From an uncultured Actinomycetes bacterium (lineage in GTDB: Bacteria; Actinomycetota; Thermoleophilia; Gaiellales; Gaiellaceae): 64,000 nt of DNA. Of the stretch, positions 1 through 8,893 are shown in pieces (position 1 is the stretch's first letter; the number at the start of each line of letters is the position of its first letter). The notes beneath the pieces are model-generated. The model ran no database searches, was not told the origin of the DNA, and saw only the letters and a program-made list of their open reading frames with translations. The translations under genes were made by a program, and so were the position numbers. The DNA is taken from the NCBI GenBank assembly GCA_963719325.1, contig CAVRBW010000024.1, forward strand, positions 16,968 to 80,967, in the 5' to 3' direction.

Positions 1-61
1 GCCGGCGGCCGATACGGCCAGCAGGACGAGGACGGCCAAAAAGAGTCGTTTCCGGGGCCGT

Positions 62-529
62 TTGCGGGGGTACACTCGGAAGCCGATAGCGAGCGAAAGG
101 ACGCGGAGAATGCCCAAGACCAGGGAGAAGGTGACCGGCGCGGCCGGTACGGCGAAACCTTACGTGGAGCGCGCCTTGCACGACGAGGAGCTCCGCGAGC
201 ACGTGAAGCAGGCCTACTCGGCGGCGCGCGAGATCTACAACGAGCTCCTCGGGCCGCGCGGCGTGAGCGGGATCGCCTCCCGCGTGGCCGGCGACAACGA
301 GATCCAGGACAATCTGCGAACGGCGGTCGCCGAGCTGCGTCAGGCCGCGAACAGGTTCCAGGGGCGGAGCGAGCGTCGCAGCGGTCGAGGGCTGCTCCTG
401 CTCGCCGGTCTCGTCGCCGGACTGCTCTTCAACCCGGTGACCGGGCCTGAGACGAGGCGCTGGTTGAAGGACAAGCTCTTCGGCGGCGGCGAGTTCGGCT
501 TCGACCAGTCCGGGAACGGCGCCGGGTAG
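62..529 (+). CDS. hypothetical protein with a single C-terminal hydrophobic helix
   Basis: 155-aa ORF with a charged, helix-prone N-half and one TM-like stretch, LLLLAGLVAGLLF. TTG start at 62, alternative ATG at 110. No family recognised. Confidence 0.4.
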   Translation: MRGYTRKPIASERTRRMPKTREKVTGAAGTAKPYVERALHDEELREHVKQAYSAAREIYNELLGPRGVSGIASRVAGDNEIQDNLRTAVAELRQAANRFQGRSERRSGRGLLLLAGLVAGLLFNPVTGPETRRWLKDKLFGGGEFGFDQSGNGAG

Positions 530-573
530 AGCGCACGATTCCCGGACCGGCCGGCGACCCGAGGGCGGTCGCG

Positions 574-1569
574 CTACGCCCTCGAGCCCAACGCGGATCG
601 GAACCCGAGTCCACCGAAGTGTCTCGATCCCGGGCCAAGACCCAGACCCGGTAGCCGCCGCGTGCCGTTGACGAAGTCGGTGACGTTCTGCTGCAGGTCA
701 GACTCGATCTCCTGAGCCTGGCTCGAAGTCAGCGTGCCCGCGGCGACGTCCGCATCGAGCTCCTTCTTCGCAGCGTCCACGAGCGCCGACACGAGCCCGT
801 CGACGCTCTTGTCCTGGTCGGCTGCGACGCCGGCCAGAGTCTTGCCGTCGCGCAGCGCCGAATCGAGCTGCTCTTCTGTTACTCCGAGGTAGGACTGCGC
901 CGCCGATTCGAGCCCAGGGAGGGCAAGGCCGCCGAGCCCGAGCTTGCCGCCGAAGCGGGGTAGCGCCGGCAGCTTCCGGTTCACGAGGTTTGTGATGCGC
1001 TCATGCAGGTTCTGCTCGATCGTCTGCTTCTGGTCCTGCGTCAACGTGCCCGCGGCCACCCTGGCATCCAGCTGCTTCGCCACCGCATCCTCCAGCGCCG
1101 ACACGAGCCCGTCGACGCTCTTGCCCTGGTCGGCCGCGACCTCCGCCAGGGACTTCCCGTCGCGCAGGGACGAAAGCAGCTTCGCCTGCGTCAGTCCCAG
1201 GTAGCTCGACGCGGCGTCGAGATCGATCGCGAATCCCACCCCGCCGAGGCGACCCAAACCCGGGCCGACCCCGAAACCGGCAAGCGGAAGGTCTCCGGCC
1301 TCGATCGCGCTCTTGAGCGCGTCGCCACGCTCCTTCGTGAGCCGTCCCGCGGCGACGTCCGCGTCGATCTGATCCTCCTCCGCCTTCTTGAGTGCCGCCG
1401 AGAGTGCCTCCGGCTGAATACCGAGCTGCTTCGCCGCGTCGCTGACGATCGCGTCGCTACGTGCACCCGGCGAATCGAACTGGGTCGCTGCGATCGCCGC
1501 TCCACCACCACCGGCTGCGAGCGCCGCAGCTGCCGCAACGACAACGTTGCGTTTGTTGATCGGTTTCAT
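574..1569 (-). CDS. secreted protein built from three ~100-aa internal repeats, function unknown
   Basis: N-terminal signal-like segment MKPINKRNVVVAAAAALAAGGGGAAIAA. Repeat unit is YLG[LV]T..L.S.LRDGK[ST]LA.VAADQ.KSVDGLVSAL....K.LDA.VAAGTLT, followed by Gly-rich linkers (GLGLGG, GLGLGPG). Confidence 0.55.
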   Translation of the reverse strand: MKPINKRNVVVAAAAALAAGGGGAAIAATQFDSPGARSDAIVSDAAKQLGIQPEALSAALKKAEEDQIDADVAAGRLTKERGDALKSAIEAGDLPLAGFGVGPGLGRLGGVGFAIDLDAASSYLGLTQAKLLSSLRDGKSLAEVAADQGKSVDGLVSALEDAVAKQLDARVAAGTLTQDQKQTIEQNLHERITNLVNRKLPALPRFGGKLGLGGLALPGLESAAQSYLGVTEEQLDSALRDGKTLAGVAADQDKSVDGLVSALVDAAKKELDADVAAGTLTSSQAQEIESDLQQNVTDFVNGTRRLPGLGLGPGSRHFGGLGFRSALGSRA

Positions 1570-1674
1570 CGTCGCTCCTTTTGCCTGCGCCTGTCTGGAC
1601 CGTCTGTTGTACGCGGTCAGCCTGAAACGCTCCTGAGATCGGTGTAAGAAAGCGTCGAAGCCCGCGGGGCGGTC

Positions 1675-3177
1675 TCAAGCCCGATCGAGCAACGGGAGCG
1701 GCACCGGCAGGTTCGCAACGCCCGACCCCGTGGCGTCGACGATCGCGGGCGCCTTCATCGCGCGCACCAACGAGCCCGGGTCGAGACCGCTCGCCGTCGA
1801 GATGTCGGTGCTCTGGAGCAGGATCGCGCCCGGGGTGGGCGCATTGCTCGCCTGTGCGGTTTGGGGGTCGAACGGAACCGCGGGCAGGATGCGGACGTCC
1901 TCGAGCTGCTCCCACGCCTCGAGGTACTTGGTCGGATCGACCGCGCCGTCGTAGCCCAGGAAGAGCATCGCCACGGGGTGAACCTCGAAGTGAAGGTGGA
2001 AGGGCGTGCCCTCCGCGTCGCCGGTATTGCCGACGAAGCCGAGCACGTCGCCTGCCCGCACGTGCCGCCCGTTGACCGCCAGGGTCGTGAAGGCGGAGAG
2101 ATGCGCGTAGTAGAACTCGTTTCCGCCCTGGTCGCGAAGCCACAGGCGATAGCCGCCGACGTCGTTCCGGCCGACGGAGAAGACGGCGCCGTCGGCGACT
2201 GCGAGGATCGGAGCCCCGAGTGGGGCGAAGATGTCGTCGCCGTGATGCCAGCCGCCGGACACGTCGCCGCGCGGGGCGCCGAACGAGTCACCGTAGCCCG
2301 AGGGTCCGTAGACGGGGAAGACGTACCGGTTGCCGGTCAGCTTCGGCGTCACGTTCGGGGGCGCGATCACCAGCGGCCCCGCGCCGAAGAGTTGCGCACT
2401 CGCCGATGCGCCTGCGAGACGCACGGCACCCGCCGCGCCGATGCCGGACGTACGCTTCTGCTCGGGCTCTGTCTTAGGCTGCGCCGGCTTCGGTTTCGCC
2501 GACGTCGTCGTCTGGGTCCTCGTCCCTGGCGGCTGCGGCGGGCTCGCGAACGCATCCGCGAAGCCGACCCGAATCTCGGCCCCTGCGGGTAGGCCGCCGT
2601 GGTCGGTGTCGAGGTGGACGACGAGGGCGGTGACGGTGCCCCGCCAGGACGGCGACGAGGCGTCGCCCTCGCTCGTCGTCTGGCCGAGCAGAAGCGCGTA
2701 GCCCCAGTCTGCGAGCGGCACCTTCGTGTTCGGAACGATGTCGGCGACGGCTTGGCCGAGGAGAACGAGACCCGTGACCGTCGAGTCAGACACGTCGCCG
2801 ACGGTTCCAGCCGAGCTCACGGATGTGTGCACCTGCGCGGCCGTGATCTCCCCGCCGAAGAGCGACAGATTGGTCGCCTCGCTGACCGCCTCCGCAGTCC
2901 CGTCCTGGGCGCTCGCCGATACGGTCGCCGAGGCCGATTCAGCCGAGACGATCGAGCCGTCCTCGGGGTAGAGGAAGGGTGCCGGAGCGGGCTCCGCCTC
3001 CGGTGGCGCAGCGACCTCGGCCGTGGAGGCGACTAACGACTGATCGGCGGCGACGATCTCGACGGCAAACCCCTGCGCAGTGGGCATCGGCGGGGAGAGC
3101 GGCGGGGTGGCCGACGCTGCACCGTCGAGAAGGCCGAGACAGGCAAGGGCGGCCGCCGCAAACAAACGTGCCGTCAC
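1675..3177 (-). CDS. M23-family metallopeptidase (secreted)
   Basis: Signal peptide MTARLFAAAALACLGLLDGAASA. C-terminal LytM/M23 motifs HHGDDIFAPLGAPILAVADG and GNTGDAEGTPFHLHFEVH. Confidence 0.8.
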   Translation of the reverse strand: MTARLFAAAALACLGLLDGAASATPPLSPPMPTAQGFAVEIVAADQSLVASTAEVAAPPEAEPAPAPFLYPEDGSIVSAESASATVSASAQDGTAEAVSEATNLSLFGGEITAAQVHTSVSSAGTVGDVSDSTVTGLVLLGQAVADIVPNTKVPLADWGYALLLGQTTSEGDASSPSWRGTVTALVVHLDTDHGGLPAGAEIRVGFADAFASPPQPPGTRTQTTTSAKPKPAQPKTEPEQKRTSGIGAAGAVRLAGASASAQLFGAGPLVIAPPNVTPKLTGNRYVFPVYGPSGYGDSFGAPRGDVSGGWHHGDDIFAPLGAPILAVADGAVFSVGRNDVGGYRLWLRDQGGNEFYYAHLSAFTTLAVNGRHVRAGDVLGFVGNTGDAEGTPFHLHFEVHPVAMLFLGYDGAVDPTKYLEAWEQLEDVRILPAVPFDPQTAQASNAPTPGAILLQSTDISTASGLDPGSLVRAMKAPAIVDATGSGVANLPVPLPLLDRA

Positions 3178-3252
3178 GGCTCACCATTATGGACGTGCTA
3201 CGCGATTGCGCAGCAGTCGGAGCTGATGCCGGTCACCTCGACCGTGTGAGCG

Positions 3253-3645
3253 TTAGGCGTCGAGCTCGCGGCGCGCAAACTCTCGGAACCGCTCGCGGGC
3301 GTCGTCGTCCGGGCCGACCTGCTCCTCGCCGGCATAGCGCGGATCGGCGGCGACCTCCTCGGCGACCGCGCGCACCTCGGCGCGGACTCGTGCGCTGTGA
3401 GCCGGTTCGCGCATCAGCTGGTCGACCCAGGTCTCGCTGCCGTCGTATGGATCGAGGTCGTTGTCGACCAGAAGCTGACCGAGCAGCAACCCGACGCGGA
3501 TGTACGCGAACGTCTTGAAGGCGAGCAGCCGGCGAGGCGAGTCGACCAGCGCACGGATCCCCGGCTCGGCTTCCTCGACCTGGCCGACGATTCCCCCGAT
3601 GGGCTCGTCGACGAGCGGGATCCAGACGTCGTCGAGACCGGTCAT
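3253..3645 (-). CDS. hypothetical cytoplasmic protein
   Basis: 130-aa ORF with normal, non-Arg/Pro-biased composition, lying in a gap between neighbouring genes. No motif recognised. Confidence 0.4.
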   Translation of the reverse strand: MTGLDDVWIPLVDEPIGGIVGQVEEAEPGIRALVDSPRRLLAFKTFAYIRVGLLLGQLLVDNDLDPYDGSETWVDQLMREPAHSARVRAEVRAVAEEVAADPRYAGEEQVGPDDDARERFREFARRELDA

Positions 3646-3655
3646 CGACGGGAGG

Positions 3656-4024
3656 CTAGCGCCTCCGAACTCGCCACGCGATCTGCGCGGCGACGAGGAT
3701 CAGCAACGCACCGAACAGCCGTCGCAGTACGTGCTCCGGCAGTGTCTCGGCCAGCGCGACGCCACCCTCGACGCCGCCAATCGCCACGAGCCCGATCACG
3801 ATCGCGGATCGCCAACGAATGTTGCCGTAGCGCTGCTGCCGCCAGGTACCGGCGAGAACGGTGGGGATGATCGCCAGCAGCGAGCTCGCCTCGGCGTGGA
3901 GCTGGGTCAACCCGAGGCCGAGCGTCAGCGTCGGAACGAAGAGGATCCCGCCGCCCACACCGAACAATCCCGCAAGCACGCCCGCGACCAGGCCGAGCGC
4001 GACCGCCAGCAGAACCGTCCACAT
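3656..4024 (-). CDS. TauE/SafE (DUF81) family membrane protein, half-size unit 2
   Basis: Starts at the internal M of the 202-aa ORF (MWTVLLAVALGLVAGVLAGLFGVGGGILFVPTL) and repeats the same GVGGG..VP motif. About 122 aa, about 4 TM. Confidence 0.6.
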   Translation of the reverse strand: MWTVLLAVALGLVAGVLAGLFGVGGGILFVPTLTLGLGLTQLHAEASSLLAIIPTVLAGTWRQQRYGNIRWRSAIVIGLVAIGGVEGGVALAETLPEHVLRRLFGALLILVAAQIAWRVRRR

Positions 4025-4368
4025 CAGACGAGCAGCCTCACGCCCAAACCCGTGAGCAGGAGCGCGAACAGAATCGACAGAGTGCGGTTGGCAAGGCGCT
4101 GCTGGAGCGCTGTCCCGGCAACCGCTCCGGCCGCCGCCGGAAGGCCGACGATCGCCGCAGCGCCCGGCTTCAGCTCGCCGCGCAGGCCGTAGGACACGGA
4201 GCCGGCGAGGGCAATGATCCCGATCGCCGCAAGCGAGGTCGCCATCGCGGGCCGCTGCTGCCACCGACCGAGCAGAAGCAGCAGGGGCACCACGATGATC
4301 CCGCCGCCGACCCCGAAGAGTGCGCTGAAGAAGCCGGCGGCGAGCCCGATCAGGACGAGCTGAACCAC
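4024..4368 (-). CDS. TauE/SafE (DUF81) family membrane protein, half-size unit 1
   Basis: 114 aa, about 4 TM. Family signature near the N-terminus: FFSALFGVGGGIIVVPLLL. GTG start. Its stop overlaps the ATG of the next half-size gene. Confidence 0.65.
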   Translation of the reverse strand: MVQLVLIGLAAGFFSALFGVGGGIIVVPLLLLLGRWQQRPAMATSLAAIGIIALAGSVSYGLRGELKPGAAAIVGLPAAAGAVAGTALQQRLANRTLSILFALLLTGLGVRLLV

Positions 4369-4388
4369 GACAGCCCTATTCTCTCGGA

Positions 4389-5108
4389 ATGGTCGAGACC
4401 GGGAACGTCCTCGTCCGCTTCGCCGAGCGCCCGGACGAGGCGGCCCTGCTTCTGGACGTCGACGGTACCCTCGCGCCGATCGTCGACCGGCCCGAGCAAG
4501 CGTCGGTTCCCGCCACGACGCGAGACCTGCTGCGCGACCTCGCCGGTCGCTACGCGCTCGTCGCCTGCATCAGCGGCCGCACAGCCGACGAGGTCCGGCG
4601 CCTCGTCGCCGTCGACCAGATCGTTCCGGTCGGCGAGCACGGCCTCGAGCTCGACCCGCGCGCACAACAGTGGGCCTCGGAGATTCACGCGTTCGCAGAC
4701 TCGGTCGACTGGCCGGCAGAGCGCAAGCGGCTGACCGTCTCGTTTCATTTCCGCACGGCCGAGGACGAGGGCGCCGCCGTGGCCGAGCTTCGGCGGATCG
4801 CCAGTCTCGCGCGCGAGGCGGGCCTGCGCCCGCGCTGGGGTCGAAAGGTGCTCGAGATCCGCCCTCCGGTGGACGCTGACAAGGGAACGGCGGTTCGCGC
4901 GCTGCTGACCGAGCGTGGTCTCAGACGGGCTCTCTACGCCGGTGACGACGCGACCGATCTGGATGCGTTCCGCAGCCTCGACGGCCTGGAGGTGGCCGTG
5001 CGAGTCGCCGTCGTCTCCGACGAGGGCCCGAGCGAGCTCGGGTGGGCCGCCGACCTCGTCGTCGGCAGCACCGAGGCCCTCGTCGAGGTGCTGCGGCAGC
5101 TGCTCTGA
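4389..5108 (+). CDS. otsB: trehalose-6-phosphate phosphatase-like HAD hydrolase
   Basis: HAD motif I LLLDVDGTLAPIV; GRKVLEIRPP.VDKGTAV; motif YAGDDATDLDAF. Layout is typical of OtsB. Confidence 0.65.
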   Translation: MVETGNVLVRFAERPDEAALLLDVDGTLAPIVDRPEQASVPATTRDLLRDLAGRYALVACISGRTADEVRRLVAVDQIVPVGEHGLELDPRAQQWASEIHAFADSVDWPAERKRLTVSFHFRTAEDEGAAVAELRRIASLAREAGLRPRWGRKVLEIRPPVDADKGTAVRALLTERGLRRALYAGDDATDLDAFRSLDGLEVAVRVAVVSDEGPSELGWAADLVVGSTEALVEVLRQLL

Positions 5109-5677
5109 TGCATCTCACAGAGCAGGTCCTCGCGCCTGTCCGCGCCCGGTACGGAGACCCGGCGGTGCTCGAGTGGGAGGGGGAGATCAGCGAGGCGGAA
5201 TACGAGCTCGCGACCTACAACCCCGGCCGCGTACACGACGTCACCCTGTTCATCCTCAACCAGGACCGGCTGGCGCTGATCCGGAAGCCGATGTTCCCGC
5301 CCGATGTCTGGCGGCCGCCGGGAGGCGGAGTGAAACCCGGCGAGGACTTCGTGAAGGCAGTCCGACGCGAGGCCCTCGAGGAGACCGGACTGGCGGTCGA
5401 GCTGAGGCGGTACCTCGTCGAGGCCCGCGCCCGGTTCGTGCACGGCTCGTCGGACCTCGACTGGCGAACCCACGTCATGCTCGCCTCGACGGTCGACGCC
5501 GAGCTCGGACCACTCGACACGGACGAGATCGCCGAGGCCCGCTGGGGCACCCTCGACGAGCTGGCCGGCCCCATTCGCGAGCGTCTGCTCGCAACCGGGC
5601 GGGCGTTCTGGCGCTACCGCGTCGCCTTGCACGACGCGACGCTGACCGCGCTCCGCCAAAGGCAGGGACAGTCCTAG
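5108..5677 (+). CDS. NUDIX hydrolase
   Basis: Nudix box GGGVKPGEDFVKAVRREALEETGL. Start chosen at the ATG overlapping the otsB stop (TGATG). Confidence 0.8.
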   Translation: MHLTEQVLAPVRARYGDPAVLEWEGEISEAEYELATYNPGRVHDVTLFILNQDRLALIRKPMFPPDVWRPPGGGVKPGEDFVKAVRREALEETGLAVELRRYLVEARARFVHGSSDLDWRTHVMLASTVDAELGPLDTDEIAEARWGTLDELAGPIRERLLATGRAFWRYRVALHDATLTALRQRQGQS

Positions 5678-5707
5678 GTTGTCCTGGACCTGGCTCGGGC
5701 CCACAGC

Positions 5708-7006
5708 TCAGCCGGCTGCCGCACGAAGGACGTCCCAGGCGCGGCGCACGTCGCCCTCGGTCGTCCGTTCGCTCCCGATTGCGAGCCGGAGCACGTACCG
5801 GTCGTCCAGCCGGGTGTGGGAGAGGAAGATCTCGCCGGAGGCGTTGACACGCTCGAGCAGCGCTTCGTTCTCCTCGTCGGGGCCCTGGCGTCTGAAGCAC
5901 ACGACCGAGAACGGCCGCGGAGCGCACAGCTCCCAGCCAGGCTCGTCGCGCACCCAGCCCTCGAAGAGCTCACCCAGACGGATAGCCTCGCGAATCCTGA
6001 GCTGGAGCCCTTCGCGCCCGTAACAGCGCAGTACCGCCCAGAGCTTCAGCGAGCGGAAGCGGCGCCCGAGCGCAGGGCCGTACTCGCTGATGTTGAAAGC
6101 GTCCTCGTCGGTCGTGCGCAGGTACTCGGGGATGAGCGAGAACGCCTCGCGGAAGTCCGCCGGGCGGCTCGTCCAGAGGAGCGAGCAGTCCATCGGCGTG
6201 AACATCCACTTGTGCGCGTTGACGACCAGCGAGCCGGCGCGATCGACCCCCTCGAACGCCCAGCGCAGCTCCGGGCACACCATCGCCGAACCCGCGTACG
6301 CCGCGTCGACGTGCAGCCAGGCTCCCGCCTCGGCACAGCGATCGGCGATCGCCGGGACCGGGTCGACGGAGGTGGACGAGGTCGTTCCGACCGTCGCCAC
6401 CACAACGGCGACGTCGTCCAGCTCCAGCGTCTCGGGCCGCATCCGGAAGGCCCCGTCCGCCGGAGCCTTGCGCAGCTCCATCCCGAGGATGCGAGCGCCC
6501 TTCTCGACAGAGGAGTGCGCGTGCTCGGAGCACACGACGACGTTGCGGCCCGTGGCCTGGCGTGCAGCGGCGAGCGCCGCGAGCGTCGACGTCGAGGCCG
6601 TGTCCTCGATGTGCCCGTGCCAGCCGGATGGCAGGCCGATCAGCTGGGCGACCCAGTCCAGCACCGTCACTTCGAGCTCGGTCGAGGCCGGAGCAGTGCG
6701 CCACAAGACGGCGACCGAGTTCAGCGTCGCCGCGAGAAGCTCGGCGAGGATTCCCGGCTCGGAGCCCGAGACCGCGAAGTAGGCGAAGAATCGCGGGTGC
6801 TGCCAGTGGGTGATCCCGGGGAGCAGGATCTCGTCCAGATCGCGCAAGATCGCCTCGAACGGCTCGCCGTGCTCCGGCGGCGCGGCCGGGAGCCGCGCTC
6901 GAATCTCTCCCGGCTTGACGTTCGCGAGCACAGGCAGGTCGCCGACCCGTTCGAGGTAGTCGGCCGCCCAGTCGACGGCCGCGTACCCGTCGTCGCGAAA
7001 GCTCAT
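5708..7006 (-). CDS. PLP-dependent group II decarboxylase (aromatic-L-amino-acid / tyrosine decarboxylase family)
   Basis: Matches the DDC family along its length: HWQHPRFFAYF, HVDAAYAGSA, and the PLP-lysine motif NAHKW. Start taken at MSFRDDGY (internal M of the 474-aa ORF). Confidence 0.8.
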   Translation of the reverse strand: MSFRDDGYAAVDWAADYLERVGDLPVLANVKPGEIRARLPAAPPEHGEPFEAILRDLDEILLPGITHWQHPRFFAYFAVSGSEPGILAELLAATLNSVAVLWRTAPASTELEVTVLDWVAQLIGLPSGWHGHIEDTASTSTLAALAAARQATGRNVVVCSEHAHSSVEKGARILGMELRKAPADGAFRMRPETLELDDVAVVVATVGTTSSTSVDPVPAIADRCAEAGAWLHVDAAYAGSAMVCPELRWAFEGVDRAGSLVVNAHKWMFTPMDCSLLWTSRPADFREAFSLIPEYLRTTDEDAFNISEYGPALGRRFRSLKLWAVLRCYGREGLQLRIREAIRLGELFEGWVRDEPGWELCAPRPFSVVCFRRQGPDEENEALLERVNASGEIFLSHTRLDDRYVLRLAIGSERTTEGDVRRAWDVLRAAAG

Positions 7007-7031
7007 CCGTCTGCACCCCGGCCGTGCGGGA

Positions 7032-7160
7032 CGTGTCCCGGGGACAGGCCCTCGGACCTGGCCCCTTCTGCGCAGGCAACCGGCGACGTGAGTCTGCAGG
7101 CGCGGTTGCCGGACAGCCACGGCTTCTCGCACCGTGTCCCGGGGACTGTCCCCGGGGCAC
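7032..7160. repeat. direct repeat of a palindromic GC-rich 14-mer in the polX / decarboxylase spacer
   Basis: CGTGTCCCGGGGAC at 7032-7045 and 7133-7146. The second copy continues as TGTCCCCGGGGCAC, giving a ~27-nt near-palindrome. GGCAACCG...CGGTTGCC hairpin arms lie between the copies (~7077-7110). Confidence 0.5.
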
Positions 7161-7175
7161 CGCTCGAACGGACTG

Positions 7176-8876
7176 TCACTTCTTGACCTTCGACCAGGGC
7201 CGGGTGTTGACGATCTGCTCCTTCGTCAGCCAGGCGCGGCGGGCCTGGCCGATGCCGAGCGAGGCGTAGGCGAGCGCCTGCGTCGAGTGCGAGTCCGTCG
7301 AGACGACGATCCGCACACCGCGCTCACCCGCCAGGCGTGCGTCGGCGTCGCGCAGATCGAGCCGGTCGGGCTGAGAGTTCATCTCGACCGCAGTGCCGGT
7401 CTCCAGGGCCGCTGCGAAGACACGCTCGAGGTCGACGTCCATCGGACCGCGCTTGTTGATCTTCCGTCCGGTGAGGTGGCCGATGCAGTCGACGTGCGGA
7501 TTCTCCATCGCAGCAATCACCCGCTCGGTCGGGCTGCTGCCGAACGCGGCGTGGATCGAGGCGACGACCCAGTCGAGCCCGGCCAGCGTCTCGTCGGACA
7601 TGTCCAGCGTCCCGTTTGCACGAATGTTGACCTCGATCCCGTGCAGCAGCTTGAACGGCTTCAGCCGCCGATTGAGGGCGGCGAGCTCCTCGGCCTGGGC
7701 CTCGAGCCTCCCCTCCCGGAGGTAATGCGAATGATCGGTGATCGCCAGGTACGAGTAGCCCCGCCCCTTGGCGGCGAGCGCCATCTCCTCCATCGTGCTC
7801 TTCCCGTCCGCCGACCACCTCGTGTGCGCGTGGAGATCGCCACGGAGATCGCCCTCCTCGACGAGCTTCGGAAGCTCCCCGCGACGGGCCGCCGCCAGCT
7901 CGCCCGCGTCCTCGCGCAGCTCTGGCGGGATGAACTGATAGCCGAGGTACGCGTACAGCTCCTCCTCGGTCGTGAACGTCCGCACCTCGCCGCTCTCGAC
8001 CTCGGTGACCCCGTACTCGGAGATCGACAATCCCCGGCGCTGCGCCTCCTCGCGCATCGCGACGTTGTGGTTCTTCGAGCCGGTGAAATGCTGGAGGAGG
8101 TTGCCGTAGCACTCGGGCGGCACGACACGCAGGTCGAAGCGGAGGCCGTCGAACGAGATGACCGTCGCCTTGGTCCCGCCCTTCGCGACCACCTCCGCCA
8201 CCCAGTCGAGTCCGGTAAAGGCGTCGATCAGCGCCCGCGCGTCGGTCGCGGTGGCGATCATGTCGAGGTCTCGAAACGTCTCGCGACGGCGGCGCACGCT
8301 GCCGGCCTCGCTGACCCGGGTCGCTGCGGGATGAGCACGGAGCGATTCGACCACGCCGAGGACTGCGGGCAGGCCGGCACCGAGCAACGCCCGGGTGGGC
8401 GCCTTCGGCTTCGCTTGCTCCCTGAGCGCACGGAGGACGTTCTCCTCGACCTTCGGACCAAGGCCGGTGAGCGTGCGGAGACGCTCCTGCTCGGCTGCTG
8501 CCCGCAGATCGTGGAGGGTGGAGATCCCGAGCTCGAGCCAGATCCGGCGGGCCGTCTTCGGGCCGAGACCTGGCAGCCGCATGAACGAGACCACGTCGGG
8601 CGGGATCCGCTTCCGCCGCCTCGCGAGGGCCTCGATCTCTCCGGCTTCGACGATCTGCACGATCTTCTCCTCGATCGTCTTGCCGATCCCCTGCAATGCC
8701 TTCGCCTTGCCGTCGAGGGCGAGCTGTGCAATCGAGCCGCCCGCCTCCTTGATCCGCTGAGCCGCCCGCCGGTACGCGAGGACCCGGAAGGCCTGCTCCC
8801 CTTCGAGCTCGAGCATGTCCGCGAGGAGCTCCAGTTGGTCGATCACGTCCGCGTTCCTCGGCAGCGTCGTCGCCAT
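7176..8876 (-). CDS. polX: family X DNA polymerase with C-terminal PHP domain (PolX)
   Basis: N-terminal HhH/Pol-beta-like region (LPGLGPKTARRIW, GSVRRRRETFRDLDMI) followed by a PHP domain (GDLHAHTRWSADG ... VVSTDSHS). Confidence 0.85.
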   Translation of the reverse strand: MATTLPRNADVIDQLELLADMLELEGEQAFRVLAYRRAAQRIKEAGGSIAQLALDGKAKALQGIGKTIEEKIVQIVEAGEIEALARRRKRIPPDVVSFMRLPGLGPKTARRIWLELGISTLHDLRAAAEQERLRTLTGLGPKVEENVLRALREQAKPKAPTRALLGAGLPAVLGVVESLRAHPAATRVSEAGSVRRRRETFRDLDMIATATDARALIDAFTGLDWVAEVVAKGGTKATVISFDGLRFDLRVVPPECYGNLLQHFTGSKNHNVAMREEAQRRGLSISEYGVTEVESGEVRTFTTEEELYAYLGYQFIPPELREDAGELAAARRGELPKLVEEGDLRGDLHAHTRWSADGKSTMEEMALAAKGRGYSYLAITDHSHYLREGRLEAQAEELAALNRRLKPFKLLHGIEVNIRANGTLDMSDETLAGLDWVVASIHAAFGSSPTERVIAAMENPHVDCIGHLTGRKINKRGPMDVDLERVFAAALETGTAVEMNSQPDRLDLRDADARLAGERGVRIVVSTDSHSTQALAYASLGIGQARRAWLTKEQIVNTRPWSKVKK

Positions 8877-8893
8877 GCCGCGATCATAGGTCG

